DNA of 64,000 nt from Armatimonadota bacterium (GCA_037445735.1 JBBIJY010000006.1:32001-96000), one strand, 5' to 3'. Shown: positions 29,664-39,671, numbered from the stretch's first letter. Numbers and translations are program-made. Notes: generated by a model from the letters alone, not told the origin.

Positions 29664-30638
29664 TCAGCACCCTGCACCGAAGTTGAACAGCACCAGCAGC
29701 AGGTCAGCGTCGTCCACCAGCCCGTCGCGATTGAGGTCGGAGGCAGGGTCGGTGCTGCCGAAGGCAAACAATACCAGTAGCAGGTCGGCATCGTCCACGC
29801 AGCCGTCGCCGTTCGCATCGCCGTCCCGCGCCGGCACCCAGCCCAGTGCGGTCGGCATCAACCCCGCGGGATAGCCCACATCGGTGAGCCGCGTCACCAG
29901 CGTCGCCACAGCGGTCGCCGCGCCATCATCCACCTGCAATCGCCAGAGCGCGGCTTCGGTCGCCGATGCCGTTGCTAAATAGAGCGTGCCATCCGATGCA
30001 TCCAGCGCCAGTCCGCCCAGCTCATGATCAGCAGGCAGCCCCTGCAGGTCATACTCGGTGAACTCATAGAAGGGCTGATCCGCCATCAGCTGCAGGCGCA
30101 AGAAGCCGCGGCGCACCGTGCCGTAGAGCGTGTCGCCGACCCACTCGATACCCACCACATTCGCCACAGAGATGCCGGCGCCGCTGGCGACATAGGCTTC
30201 CAGCATCTCGCCATCAGGGCTGTGGGCAAACACCATTCCAAACGCGGGAAAGGCGGTCTGCGGTGCTGACCGCCAGAGTATCCCGCGCCCAAAAGCACCA
30301 TCTCTCAGCTGGCGCCCACCCAGCAGGCATTCACAGTTCTGATAGGCGCCCACCTCACGAATCGCCCCCGTGTACGGGTTCGCTTTCGCCAATAGCAGCT
30401 GATCAAATGCCCCAATGTAGAGAAAGGTGCCATCAAACGCCAGATGATTGTAGTCGGCGCTGGGTCTGATCCCCGCAACGCTGGCGGGTGAGACCGTGCG
30501 ATCGATCGCGCCCGTGCGCAAATTATAGCGATAGAGGCTTGCTGTGCCTGTGCCCGCACCGGACAGCCACAGATAGCCGTCCGCCTGCATGCTCGCGATC
30601 AGCATCAGCCATCCAAGCAGATTCGTCCCCATTCGCAT
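29664..30638 (-). CDS. Secreted beta-propeller-like protein with Cys-containing dockerin-like C-terminus
   Basis: Signal peptide, LAFDGTFLY and LALDASDGTLY blades, GDANGDGCVDDADLL...FNFGAGC tail. Confidence 0.75.
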   Translation of the reverse strand: MRMGTNLLGWLMLIASMQADGYLWLSGAGTGTASLYRYNLRTGAIDRTVSPASVAGIRPSADYNHLAFDGTFLYIGAFDQLLLAKANPYTGAIREVGAYQNCECLLGGRQLRDGAFGRGILWRSAPQTAFPAFGMVFAHSPDGEMLEAYVASGAGISVANVVGIEWVGDTLYGTVRRGFLRLQLMADQPFYEFTEYDLQGLPADHELGGLALDASDGTLYLATASATEAALWRLQVDDGAATAVATLVTRLTDVGYPAGLMPTALGWVPARDGDANGDGCVDDADLLLVLFAFGSTDPASDLNRDGLVDDADLLLVLFNFGAGC

Positions 30639-30692
30639 GGCACTCATCTCCATCCCTATTATAGCCCACAATGGGGTATACTACGGCTGGAG

Positions 30693-31295
30693 ATGATGTT
30701 TATGCGGAGATTGCGGATTGTGATTGCGGACGACGAGCCGATTATCCTGCTCGACCTGCGCCAGATGCTGGAAGAGCTGGGCTACTCGGTCGTTGCCGAA
30801 GCCAGCACGGGCGCGCAGGCAGTGGAGATGGTGCGCAAGTTCAAGCCCGATCTGGCGATTCTCGATATCAAGATGCCGGAGATGGACGGCATCGAGGCGG
30901 CACGCATCCTGCACGAGGAGAAGCTCGCGCCCGTGCTGCTGCTGACCGCCTACAGCGATAGCGACCTCATCCAGCGGGCGAAGCAAGCAGGCGTCTACGG
31001 CTACCTCGTCAAGCCCTTCAAACAGGCGGACCTCACGCCCGCCATCGAAATCGCCCTCTCCCGCTACCGCGACACGCTCGAACTGGAGCATCAGGTGCAG
31101 GACCTCAAAGAGACGCTCGAAACCCGCAAACTGATTGAACGCGCCAAAGGCATCCTGATGGACACCTACGGACTGCGCGAGCAGGAAGCCTATCGGCGCA
31201 TCCAGGTGCAGAGCATGAACACGCGCAAGAGCATGCGCGAAATCGCCGAAGCGATTATCATCGCGCACACCATTCAGCAAAATCCTGAACGATGA
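30693..31295 (+). CDS. REC-ANTAR response regulator (PdtaR/EutV-like antiterminator)
   Basis: IADDE, LDIKMP, LTAYS, KPF, ETRKLIERAKGILM...EAY..I...SM. Confidence 0.92.
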   Translation: MMFMRRLRIVIADDEPIILLDLRQMLEELGYSVVAEASTGAQAVEMVRKFKPDLAILDIKMPEMDGIEAARILHEEKLAPVLLLTAYSDSDLIQRAKQAGVYGYLVKPFKQADLTPAIEIALSRYRDTLELEHQVQDLKETLETRKLIERAKGILMDTYGLREQEAYRRIQVQSMNTRKSMREIAEAIIIAHTIQQNPER

Positions 31296-32197
31296 AGCTT
31301 TCGGTCATCACCGACGAGATCGATACCGACCTGGAGCGTGCGCTGGAGGTGGTTCGGGCGTTCCCGATTCAGCAGGTGGAACTGCGCACGCTCTGGGGTG
31401 TCAACATCGCCCAGGCGGATGGTGCAACGCTGGAACGGGCTGCGCGACTGCTGCGCCAGGCAGGGCTGGGCGTCTGCTCCATCGCCTCCCCGGTGTTCAA
31501 GACCGACCTGTTTGGCACGCGGGAGCGCGGCGCTTTGCACGGCGCGTCCGATTCGCCCCTTGAGGAGCATTTCAGGTTGCTGGAGCGCTGCCTGCAGATT
31601 GCGAATCGTTTCGAGGCGCCGCTGGTGCGCATCTTCGCTTTCTGGCGGGCAGGCGAACTGACGTCCGAACGCGAAGCGCGCATCGGCGCGGTGCTGGAAC
31701 AGGCGCTGCCGCTTGCTGAACGCGCGGGCGTCGTGCTGGGACTGGAAAACGAGCACAGCTGTCAGGTCGGCACCGGCGCGGAACTGGCGCGTATCCTGCA
31801 AAAACTCCCCTCGAAATGGCTCAAAGCGGTGTGGGACCCTGGCAACGCCCTCATTCTGGGCGAATCGGCAGCCGACGGCTATGCCGCCGTTCAGCCATGG
31901 GTGGCGCATATCCATGTGAAAGACGGCATACGCGAGCCTGATGGCACGGTCCGCTGGGTGCCGATCGGCGAGGGCGAAATCGGCTATCAGCAGCATCTGC
32001 AGCAAATCGCCCGGAGCGGCTATAACGGCTTTATCGCGCTGGAAACCCATGCCCGCATCGAGGGCTGGAGCCAGGCAGAGGTCTCCCGCCGCTGCCTGCA
32101 AACGCTTCAGCAACTCATCGCTTCCATGTCCCAGCCGAACGCTAAGGAGGTTGTGCCATGTCGGGAATCTCGATACGAACCTTTCGGAACCTGTTGA
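31292..32197 (+). CDS. Sugar phosphate isomerase/epimerase (TIM barrel)
   Basis: VITDEI, LENE, WDPGNA, HIHVKD, LETH. Confidence 0.85.
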   Translation: MKLSVITDEIDTDLERALEVVRAFPIQQVELRTLWGVNIAQADGATLERAARLLRQAGLGVCSIASPVFKTDLFGTRERGALHGASDSPLEEHFRLLERCLQIANRFEAPLVRIFAFWRAGELTSEREARIGAVLEQALPLAERAGVVLGLENEHSCQVGTGAELARILQKLPSKWLKAVWDPGNALILGESAADGYAAVQPWVAHIHVKDGIREPDGTVRWVPIGEGEIGYQQHLQQIARSGYNGFIALETHARIEGWSQAEVSRRCLQTLQQLIASMSQPNAKEVVPCRESRYEPFGTC

Positions 32198-33879
32198 GAA
32201 ATAAGGCGCTGCGTGCGATCGGCTTCACGGTTGCCGGGCTGGTCGCGCTCAGTATGGTGGTCTTCTTCGCTTACATTCCCCCGATGGGGCTGAATAGCGC
32301 TCAGCGGGGTGGTACATCCACGGGTGGTCAGGTGGTGCTGCAGGTGGGCGACTACAAAGTCACCGAAGGCGAGCTGGAGCAATATATTCAGTTTATCCAG
32401 CAGGGGCGGGAACCCGACACGATCAGCGACCAGCTGAGCCAGCGCTATAACATGCTCACCCTGCTGGGCAATCAGCTCGCGCTGGTCGCTCATCTGGAGA
32501 AGCTGGGCTTTCGCGCCTCCGACGATGAGGTGGAAGCCGTCAAACAGGAGTATCTCAAGCAGCAACGCGACATTCTGCGCTCCCAGCTGCTGCCCAACGG
32601 CAAAGGCTCCGACCGCGATCTGGATCGTGCCCTCAAGGAGCGTGGCTCCTCGCTCAGGCGCTTCGAAGAAGAGACGCTCGCCCGCGTGCCTGAAATCATG
32701 TTCCGCATCGAGGCGACCCAGGCTAAATACACCAGGAGCCTGCGCGAGAAGTATAACCCGACCGATGAGCAGCTGCGCCTGATGTTCGAGAACATCTTCC
32801 TGTCGCGCATCTTCATCTCGCAGGAGAAGCACAGGGAGAAAGCGCCGACGCGCGCGCAGGAGGCGTATAACCAGCTCAAGGCGGGCAAGCCGTTCGCGGA
32901 GGTCGTCCGCCTCTATTCCGACGATCCGGGCTTCATCACCGGGCGCGGCGGCGCCATCCCCGGCAGCGACTATTACAGCATTCAGGACCAGCTGAACACG
33001 ATCCTGCGCCCTGAAGATGTGAGCGGCGTGCTGGCGCTCAAACCCGGCGCCTTCACCCCGCCCCTGCGCGACAGGGAGAACCGCGGCTACTACATCTTCA
33101 CCCTCACGAAACGCCAGCTGCAGCTGCCCGGCGACTTCGAGAAAGAGAAGGCGAAGTATCGGGATCAGTTCATCGCCGGGCGTGTGCAGAGGGAGCAGGG
33201 GCGCGCCTATATGCAGGCAATGCAGGCGTTCAAACCCCAGATCAAAGACCCGCTCCTTCAGCAATACGAGAAATGGCTGGGCGCGCGGGTCAAGCGTCCC
33301 GATGAACAGCTGAAAGAGCTGGAACAGATCGATAAGGCGCTGACCCCGCTGGTTGCCAGCGCGACGCCGACCACCCGCATGGCACAGTGGCTCCAGATTC
33401 AGGTGCTGGCGAGCCTGCGTGGGCTGGCAAAGAAAACCGACGCGCAGAAAGCCAAACTCTACACCGAGCGCCTGCTGGCTGCGCTGAACGGCTTCTTCTC
33501 CGACGGCGGCGAGGATGTCTCCCTGCGCATGATGCGGGCAGAACTGCTGATCGAGCTGGGTCAGAAGGCACAGGCTCTCGACGACCTGGAGATCGCGCAA
33601 CGGCTTGCCTGGCGACCCGACGCCTTCGAAACGCTCTATCGCATCGCCGACCTCTACAAAAAGGCGGGGCGCATCGATCTCGCCCAGCAAACGAACCAGC
33701 TGGCAGACGAGCGCAAGAAACAGTTCGATGAGATGCGCAAAGCGCAGGAGGAAGCTATCCGCCGCCAGCTGGAAGCGTTCCGCAAGCAGCAGGAAGCCCA
33801 GCAGAAACAACAGCCAGCCCAGCAAAAACAACAGGAGACCCAGCAAAACCAGCCAGCCCAGCAAAGGCAACAGCGCTAA
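32158..33879 (+). CDS. SurA/PrsA-like membrane-anchored peptidyl-prolyl isomerase with TPR-like region and Gln-rich tail
   Basis: N-terminal TM helix, GKPFAEVVRLYSDDPG...GG rotamase-like segment, Q-rich C-terminus. Confidence 0.65.
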   Translation: MSGISIRTFRNLLRNKALRAIGFTVAGLVALSMVVFFAYIPPMGLNSAQRGGTSTGGQVVLQVGDYKVTEGELEQYIQFIQQGREPDTISDQLSQRYNMLTLLGNQLALVAHLEKLGFRASDDEVEAVKQEYLKQQRDILRSQLLPNGKGSDRDLDRALKERGSSLRRFEEETLARVPEIMFRIEATQAKYTRSLREKYNPTDEQLRLMFENIFLSRIFISQEKHREKAPTRAQEAYNQLKAGKPFAEVVRLYSDDPGFITGRGGAIPGSDYYSIQDQLNTILRPEDVSGVLALKPGAFTPPLRDRENRGYYIFTLTKRQLQLPGDFEKEKAKYRDQFIAGRVQREQGRAYMQAMQAFKPQIKDPLLQQYEKWLGARVKRPDEQLKELEQIDKALTPLVASATPTTRMAQWLQIQVLASLRGLAKKTDAQKAKLYTERLLAALNGFFSDGGEDVSLRMMRAELLIELGQKAQALDDLEIAQRLAWRPDAFETLYRIADLYKKAGRIDLAQQTNQLADERKKQFDEMRKAQEEAIRRQLEAFRKQQEAQQKQQPAQQKQQETQQNQPAQQRQQR

Positions 33880-34643
33880 CCCTCAAGCGGGCGGCGCAGG
33901 ATGCAATAGAGATTGTTCGTGAAATATTCGGTCAGGAACGGGATGCGGGCAATCAGCGCGAACAGGCGCAGCACAGGATGGCGACTGTTGTTCGGCTTGA
34001 AAAACAGCACCTCGAAGCCCGACTGCTCAATAATGCGCTGATAGTCGGCGAACGCGAGCATATTCATGCCCAGATCGCGATAGGAGCGCACCTCGCGCCG
34101 AAGCCTGCGACTGAGCCAGCGCATCGCCACCTGCTGCGGCACAATCAGATGCGCCCACGGCAGGTTCACCCCAAACACGCGCTTCAGATGGTCATGGTCG
34201 CCAAAGGGGCTGTTCCAGAGCGGACCAATCGCCGCATAGAGCAAGCCGCCCGGCTTGAGCCGCTTGTACATCTCGTGCAGCACGCTCTCCAGCTCCATCA
34301 CATGCTCAAAGGTATCTTTGGAGGTCATTAGATCGAAGCCGCTCTCGTCCAGCTCGGCGATATCGATGCAATAAAACTCGACATGCTCGACGAGTTCGGG
34401 GTAGTTGAGCTGAAGGTTTTGCCGGGCGAACTCGATCAGGCGCGGGTTGAGGTCGACGCCCACCACCCGCGCAGCGCCCGCTTTCGCCATATCGACGCAG
34501 AGGCTGCCGTGCCCGCAGCCGAGATCCAGCACCTTTTTGCCGCGCAGGTCAGGTTGACCGCCCAGACGACTCCAGAAGCGCGGGTTCTCCCATGCGCCGC
34601 GTCGGAAGTAATCCAGATCGGCTTTCGTCAGCAAATCGCTCAT
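33876..34643 (-). CDS. Class I SAM-dependent methyltransferase
   Basis: VLDLGCGHG, GVDL, FEHV, LKPGG. Confidence 0.85.
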   Translation of the reverse strand: MSDLLTKADLDYFRRGAWENPRFWSRLGGQPDLRGKKVLDLGCGHGSLCVDMAKAGAARVVGVDLNPRLIEFARQNLQLNYPELVEHVEFYCIDIAELDESGFDLMTSKDTFEHVMELESVLHEMYKRLKPGGLLYAAIGPLWNSPFGDHDHLKRVFGVNLPWAHLIVPQQVAMRWLSRRLRREVRSYRDLGMNMLAFADYQRIIEQSGFEVLFFKPNNSRHPVLRLFALIARIPFLTEYFTNNLYCILRRPLEG

Positions 34644-34694
34644 CGCGCCTAATAGAGGAGCATACCCCATGTGTGTCCGTCCATGAACACCGTG

Positions 34695-34722
34695 TAAAGA
34701 AAAGCGTCAAAGGTTCCGATAA
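34695..34722 (+). promoter_or_regulatory. Sigma28 (FliA/SigD)-like promoter
   Basis: TAAA(34695)-N16-TCCGATAA(34715-34722), versus consensus TAAA-N15/16-GCCGATAA. Confidence 0.55.
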
Positions 34723-34801
34723 TCTGCTTCGAGCCTTCCAGCGAGCCAGCTGGCGATTGCTGTGAAGTGCTCTCCATAAATCACTGCGATGGAGGTTGAT
34801 T

Positions 34802-35152
34802 ATGCCGAGGCGAAGCAAGAAGCAGAAGCTGCCGATCGAACAGCGACCGGTCTCTATCAGCGTCGCGAGCTATCTGACAGGTGTGGAGAGCCACACGCTG
34901 CGCTACTGGGAACGCGAGTTCTCCGAGTTCCTGCGCCCGATCCGCTCCGCAGGCGGTCAGCGGCGCTACCGCCCCGAAGATATCGAGGTCATCCGCGAGA
35001 TCAAGCGCCTGCTCAAAGAGGAAATGTACACGATAGCGGGCGCGAAGCGCAAGCTGCGCGAGCGGTTCGGCACGCCGCAGCCCTCTCAGGGCAACAACGG
35101 CACCTCACCCAACCGCGCCCGCGCAAAACGGCGCACGCCCAGCCGTCGCTAA
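34802..35152 (+). CDS. MerR-family HTH transcriptional regulator (short)
   Basis: SISVAS..TGVESHTLRYWE, GGQRRY, YTIAGAK; SD GGAGG. Confidence 0.9.
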   Translation: MPRRSKKQKLPIEQRPVSISVASYLTGVESHTLRYWEREFSEFLRPIRSAGGQRRYRPEDIEVIREIKRLLKEEMYTIAGAKRKLRERFGTPQPSQGNNGTSPNRARAKRRTPSRR

Positions 35153-35186
35153 GCCCGATACTGCCCGTGGTAAAGGAGGGTTCCAG

Positions 35187-38100
35187 ATGGCTCGTCCCCC
35201 GATCCTTCCGCCGACGCTCTGGCAGGGCGGCATCTTCTCGGTGCACAGCCTCGCGCGGGTCAATCGCGAGCTGATCCAGGCACTGCTGACGCTGGACCCC
35301 GATTGGCAGGTTCATCTGATTGCCCGCGAATCGGGCGATTCGATTGAGAGCGCCGCCGGGCATCCCCTGCGTCGCTACCTGCTGCTGGGCGAGAACCCGC
35401 CGCCCGCAAATGGCTGGCAGGTGTGGGTGCGCCACCAGTTCCCGCCCGACTGGAGCCTCTCGCCCGTACCGCTGGCGGTGATTCAGCCGTGGGAGTTCGG
35501 CGCCGCGCCGCGCGACTGGGTGGAACAGATTCGCGCCCGCCACGCCCAGCTCTGGACGCCCTCCCGATTCGTATACGAAACCTTTCTGCAGGCAGGCGTG
35601 CCCGAAACGCAACTGCGCCTCGTGCCGAATGGGGTCAATCCCGACCAGTTCCATCCCGCTGTGCCCCCGCTCGATCTGACCCCCATCGGTCAGACCAATG
35701 TGCCCCGCGAGAGCATCCCGCACCGTTATAAGTTCCTGTTCGTGGGCGGCACGATTCGGCGCAAAGGTATCGATGTTTTGCTGAACGCCTATCGCGCCGC
35801 CTTCAGCCGTAAAGACGATGTGCTGCTGATTGTCAAAGATTTTGGGGCACAGGATGTGTACAGCCGCCAGAATCTTCAGGCGCAACTGCTGGAGTGGGTG
35901 CGTGACCCTGATGCGCCCCCGCTGCTCTACATGCCCGACACGCTGCCCGAATCGGCGATGGCAGGTCTCTATCGCGCCGCCGACTGCCTGGTGCATCCCT
36001 ATCGGGCGGAAGGCTTCGGCTTGCCGATTGCCGAGGCGATGGCGTGCGGAATCCCCGTCATCACCACCGGGTTCGGCGCGTGCCTTGACTTCTGCACCGA
36101 GCAAAACGCCTATCTGCTGCCCGCCGCAGTGCGCCCGCTGGAAGGCGTGCAGGGCTATGAGCTGATTGGCACGCCGTTCTGGGCGGAACCCGACGCCGAC
36201 GCGCTGATTGCCACGATGCAGGCGGTCGCTTCCAGCCCGCAGGCTGCCCGGCAGAAAGCGCAGCTCGCCCGCGAGCAGATTGTCAACCAGTTCAGCTGGA
36301 GCCAGATTGCGCCGATCGCCGCCCGATGCCTGCAGGAGCTGGCGCAGGAGACGCAAACCACCGCCACCTATTATCACATCGGGCTGAGCCAGCTGGAAAA
36401 CGAAGAGAGCGAAACCGCGCTGCAACTGTTCGCCCACGCCATCGATGCCGAGCCGCTGAACCCCCACCTGTACAAGGCAGCGGTTCAGGCACTGCTCCAG
36501 CAGAACCGCTGGGATGAAGCCGAAACCCTGCTCAATAAAGCGCTGGCGCTGCTGCCCGACGCGCCCAATCTGCTGGCGCAGAAGGCATGGCTGATGCTCT
36601 ACAGCGAGCGCGAGCAACAGGCGTATCCGCTGGTGATGAAACTGCTGCGGGCAGGCTACGCGGAACCGAACTGGCTGCGCGAGGTGGTGCTGCCACTGAG
36701 AAACTACTTTGTGTGCAACGCCGGGCGTCAGCCGCGTCAGGCGCAACGCGCCCGCGCGTTAGAGGAGTGGCTCGCGCGCTATGGCGTGCCCATCCCCGAC
36801 GAGCCGCTCGGCACGCGCATCACACTCTGCCTCGTCGCTCGCGACGAAGCTGAGTTTCTGCCCGAATGCCTTGAAAGCGTGCAGGGCGTCGTGGACGAGA
36901 TTGTTCTGGTGGACACTGGCTCCACCGATGAGACGCCTGAAATCGCGCGCCGGTACGGCGCGAAGGTGCTGACCTGCGAGTGGGATGACGACTTCTCACG
37001 CCCGCGCAACCTCGCGCTGGAACATGCCACAGGCGACTGGATACTGGTGCTGGACGCCGATGAGCGGCTTCATTCGCGCAGCCGTTCCGTCATTCGCGAG
37101 GGTGCCCGCCACCCCCAGTTCGTCGCCTACTATATCGAGGTTGTCAACATTCTCAATCGGGAGAACCCGAATGACGCATTCATTCACCGCGCCATTCGCA
37201 TGTTTCGGCGGTTGCCATGCGCCCGCTGGGAGGGTCGCATTCACGAGCAGATTCTGCCCAGCCTGTTAGCAGCGGGTGGCAAGCCCGCCACCCTGCGCAA
37301 CGCCCAGATTATCCACTGGGGCTACGAAGCAGAGGTGATGCGACGGCGCGGCAAAAGCCAGCGTAATGTCCAACTTTTGCGCCAGACCCTGCACGAAAAC
37401 CCGCAGGACGCCTTCCAGTGGTTCAACCTGGGCAACACGCTCTACAATCAGGGCGACTATCAGGGCGCGTGTGACGCGCTCCAGCGCGCATGCGAGCAGA
37501 TTCTGCCCACCGAAGATTACGCGCCGCTTGCATGGAGCCAGTGGATTTCCAGCCTGCAGATGCTCAAACGCTATGACGAGGCGATTCGGGTCGGGCAGCA
37601 GGCTCTGAAGCAGGGGCTGGAGCACCCGCTGATCTATTTCACGCTGGCACAGTCGTATCTGCTGAACGGGTCGGTGCAGGAGACCATCGAAACATTAAAG
37701 CAGGCGCGACGGTGTGCAATGCGCATCGGGCTGTTGAGCGCGGATGGCGAGACCCTGCTCGCCTCCAGTGGCTACACGGGCGACCCCACCGTCGTGACCT
37801 TCAAGTGGCACCTGACGATGGCGCGGGCGCTGATGCTGCTGAACCGTCTGGAGGAGGCGGAAGCGCATCTGGAGCGCGTGCTGCGCGAGCGACCCGACTA
37901 CGCCGAAGCGCATCTGGCTTATGCAGAATGGCTGCGGCGCAAGGGGCAATACGAACGCGCCAGCCAGCACTACGAGCAAGCCAGTCGCAGCCCGCAACTC
38001 ACGCTGGTCGCCCTGCAGGACGCCGCCAATATGTGGTGGGAGCAGCGCCAGTACGCGCGGGCGCTGCCCTTCCTGGCGCGACTGGCGGAACTGCAGCCCG

Positions 38101-38576
38101 ATGTGGAGGTCTGGTGGCATCGCTGGGTACATGCCGCCGAGCAGACGGGTGACCGCCAGGCGCTCTGTGAGGCGTTCGCCTATCTGGAGCGGCACGGCAA
38201 GCCGCTGTCGGCAGGCGTCCATCTCAACTGGGGGCGTGCTCTGTGCGAGCTGGGCAACTATATTGAGGGACTGGAGCATCTCACGCGCGCGATCGAGCTG
38301 GAGCCGCAGAACGCGAACGCGCTCTTTAACGCGGGCGATGTGCTGTATCGGCTGGGCGCGTATGCGGAAGCCGCCGACGCCTATTCCGCCGCGCTGGAGC
38401 GCGACCCGTACAACCCGCAGGGCTGGTTCGTGCTGGGCAACTGCTACTTCCGGATGGGCGTGTACGACGCCGCCCGCATCGCCTTCCAGCAGGCACTCGC
38501 CCTGGACCCAAACCATGACCCCGCCCGCCAGAACCTCGAACTCACCGTCGAAATGATCCGCCGCACCGCTGCGTAA
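35187..38576 (+). CDS. Multidomain glycosyltransferase GT4-TPR-GT2-TPR
   Basis: EGFGLPIAEAMACG (GT4); DTGSTD, DFSRPRN and LDADE (GT2); many TPR-like helical repeats. Confidence 0.9.
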   Translation: MARPPILPPTLWQGGIFSVHSLARVNRELIQALLTLDPDWQVHLIARESGDSIESAAGHPLRRYLLLGENPPPANGWQVWVRHQFPPDWSLSPVPLAVIQPWEFGAAPRDWVEQIRARHAQLWTPSRFVYETFLQAGVPETQLRLVPNGVNPDQFHPAVPPLDLTPIGQTNVPRESIPHRYKFLFVGGTIRRKGIDVLLNAYRAAFSRKDDVLLIVKDFGAQDVYSRQNLQAQLLEWVRDPDAPPLLYMPDTLPESAMAGLYRAADCLVHPYRAEGFGLPIAEAMACGIPVITTGFGACLDFCTEQNAYLLPAAVRPLEGVQGYELIGTPFWAEPDADALIATMQAVASSPQAARQKAQLAREQIVNQFSWSQIAPIAARCLQELAQETQTTATYYHIGLSQLENEESETALQLFAHAIDAEPLNPHLYKAAVQALLQQNRWDEAETLLNKALALLPDAPNLLAQKAWLMLYSEREQQAYPLVMKLLRAGYAEPNWLREVVLPLRNYFVCNAGRQPRQAQRARALEEWLARYGVPIPDEPLGTRITLCLVARDEAEFLPECLESVQGVVDEIVLVDTGSTDETPEIARRYGAKVLTCEWDDDFSRPRNLALEHATGDWILVLDADERLHSRSRSVIREGARHPQFVAYYIEVVNILNRENPNDAFIHRAIRMFRRLPCARWEGRIHEQILPSLLAAGGKPATLRNAQIIHWGYEAEVMRRRGKSQRNVQLLRQTLHENPQDAFQWFNLGNTLYNQGDYQGACDALQRACEQILPTEDYAPLAWSQWISSLQMLKRYDEAIRVGQQALKQGLEHPLIYFTLAQSYLLNGSVQETIETLKQARRCAMRIGLLSADGETLLASSGYTGDPTVVTFKWHLTMARALMLLNRLEEAEAHLERVLRERPDYAEAHLAYAEWLRRKGQYERASQHYEQASRSPQLTLVALQDAANMWWEQRQYARALPFLARLAELQPDVEVWWHRWVHAAEQTGDRQALCEAFAYLERHGKPLSAGVHLNWGRALCELGNYIEGLEHLTRAIELEPQNANALFNAGDVLYRLGAYAEAADAYSAALERDPYNPQGWFVLGNCYFRMGVYDAARIAFQQALALDPNHDPARQNLELTVEMIRRTAA

Positions 38577-38591
38577 AACAGCGAGCGGCTC

Positions 38592-39671
38592 TCAAACCGC
38601 GGCGGGCACGCGCTCGCCCTGCGCCACCCGAATCAATTCCGTGATCGTGCTTTCCGCGACGGCAACGGCGCGGTCAGCAACGCCATAGTAGATCAGCACA
38701 CGCCCATCGCCCATCGGCACGATGCCCGTCGGGAACACCACCCGCTCAAAGAAGCCGCTGACCTCGTAATCCTCGGTCGGCGTGATGAGCGGCTCGTGCG
38801 AGCGGTGCAGCACGCGGTGCGGCTCCTCCAGATCGAGCAGGGCGACGCCCGCGCAGTAGCCATCTTTGGCGTTCACGCCGTGATACACAATCAGCCAGCC
38901 TTCGGGCGTTTCAACAGGCGGCGCGCCCGCGCCGATGCGCCGTGCATCCCATAGATGCGGGCGCGGCGCCATCAAAAAGCGATGATCCCCCCAGTGCATC
39001 AGGTCCGGCGAATAGGCAATCCACATGTTCGGACCATTGAAGGGCGACATACCTGTACGGTGCAGGGCGACATAGCGACCCTGAACGCGACGCGGGAACA
39101 GCACCACATTCTTATTTTCGTGCGGCAAGATCAGCCCGTGCCGCTGGAACGAGCGAAAGTCCTGCGTGCTGAACAGCTCCACACAGATACCGAACCGCGA
39201 GACGGCGGTGCAGGTGATGTAGTAGGTGTCTTCAATCGGGGTGATGCGGCAGTCCTCCAGCCCGTACTCTTCGTAGATGGTCTCCGGGAAGAGCGTCGGC
39301 TGCGGGTCGATGGTGAAGTGGATACCGTCGCGACTGCGAGCCAGTCGCAGGTGCGAGATGGAGCTGAGATAGGTGCGCCCCTCCACATGGATGGCACGCG
39401 GGTCGCTCAGATCGACCTCTGGCGAGTGGCGCGGGAAGGTCAGCACTTCCACGCGCTGCGAGCGGTGCCGATGGTTCAGGTTCAGCACCGGCACGCCCAC
39501 CAGATCGGGGTCGTCCAGCACGGGGCGCTCCGCCACCCGCAGCAGCAGGAGCACCTCATCACCGTAGCGCACAGCCCCTGGATTGAACGCACCAATCACT
39601 TCCAGTCCCGGCTCGGACGGCGGCACCGCCTCCGGCACAATAATCGGATTTTCCGCCACGCGCTTTGCCAA
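38592..39671 (-). CDS. Glycoside hydrolase family 130 (mannoside phosphorylase-like)
   Basis: GAFNPG, YLSSISHLRLARS, EDCRIT, NKNVVLFP, GAGAPP, VVFPTG, YYGVAD; TTG start. Confidence 0.88.
   Translation of the reverse strand: MAKRVAENPIIVPEAVPPSEPGLEVIGAFNPGAVRYGDEVLLLLRVAERPVLDDPDLVGVPVLNLNHRHRSQRVEVLTFPRHSPEVDLSDPRAIHVEGRTYLSSISHLRLARSRDGIHFTIDPQPTLFPETIYEEYGLEDCRITPIEDTYYITCTAVSRFGICVELFSTQDFRSFQRHGLILPHENKNVVLFPRRVQGRYVALHRTGMSPFNGPNMWIAYSPDLMHWGDHRFLMAPRPHLWDARRIGAGAPPVETPEGWLIVYHGVNAKDGYCAGVALLDLEEPHRVLHRSHEPLITPTEDYEVSGFFERVVFPTGIVPMGDGRVLIYYGVADRAVAVAESTITELIRVAQGERVPAAV

Noticed and set aside
32107-36746. Long antisense ORFs (for example 32107-33870, 35013-36746, 5357-6571, 12243-13583, 58896-60215)
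   Set aside because: Shadow ORFs opposite well-supported genes, expected with high-GC codon bias, and without recognisable motifs.
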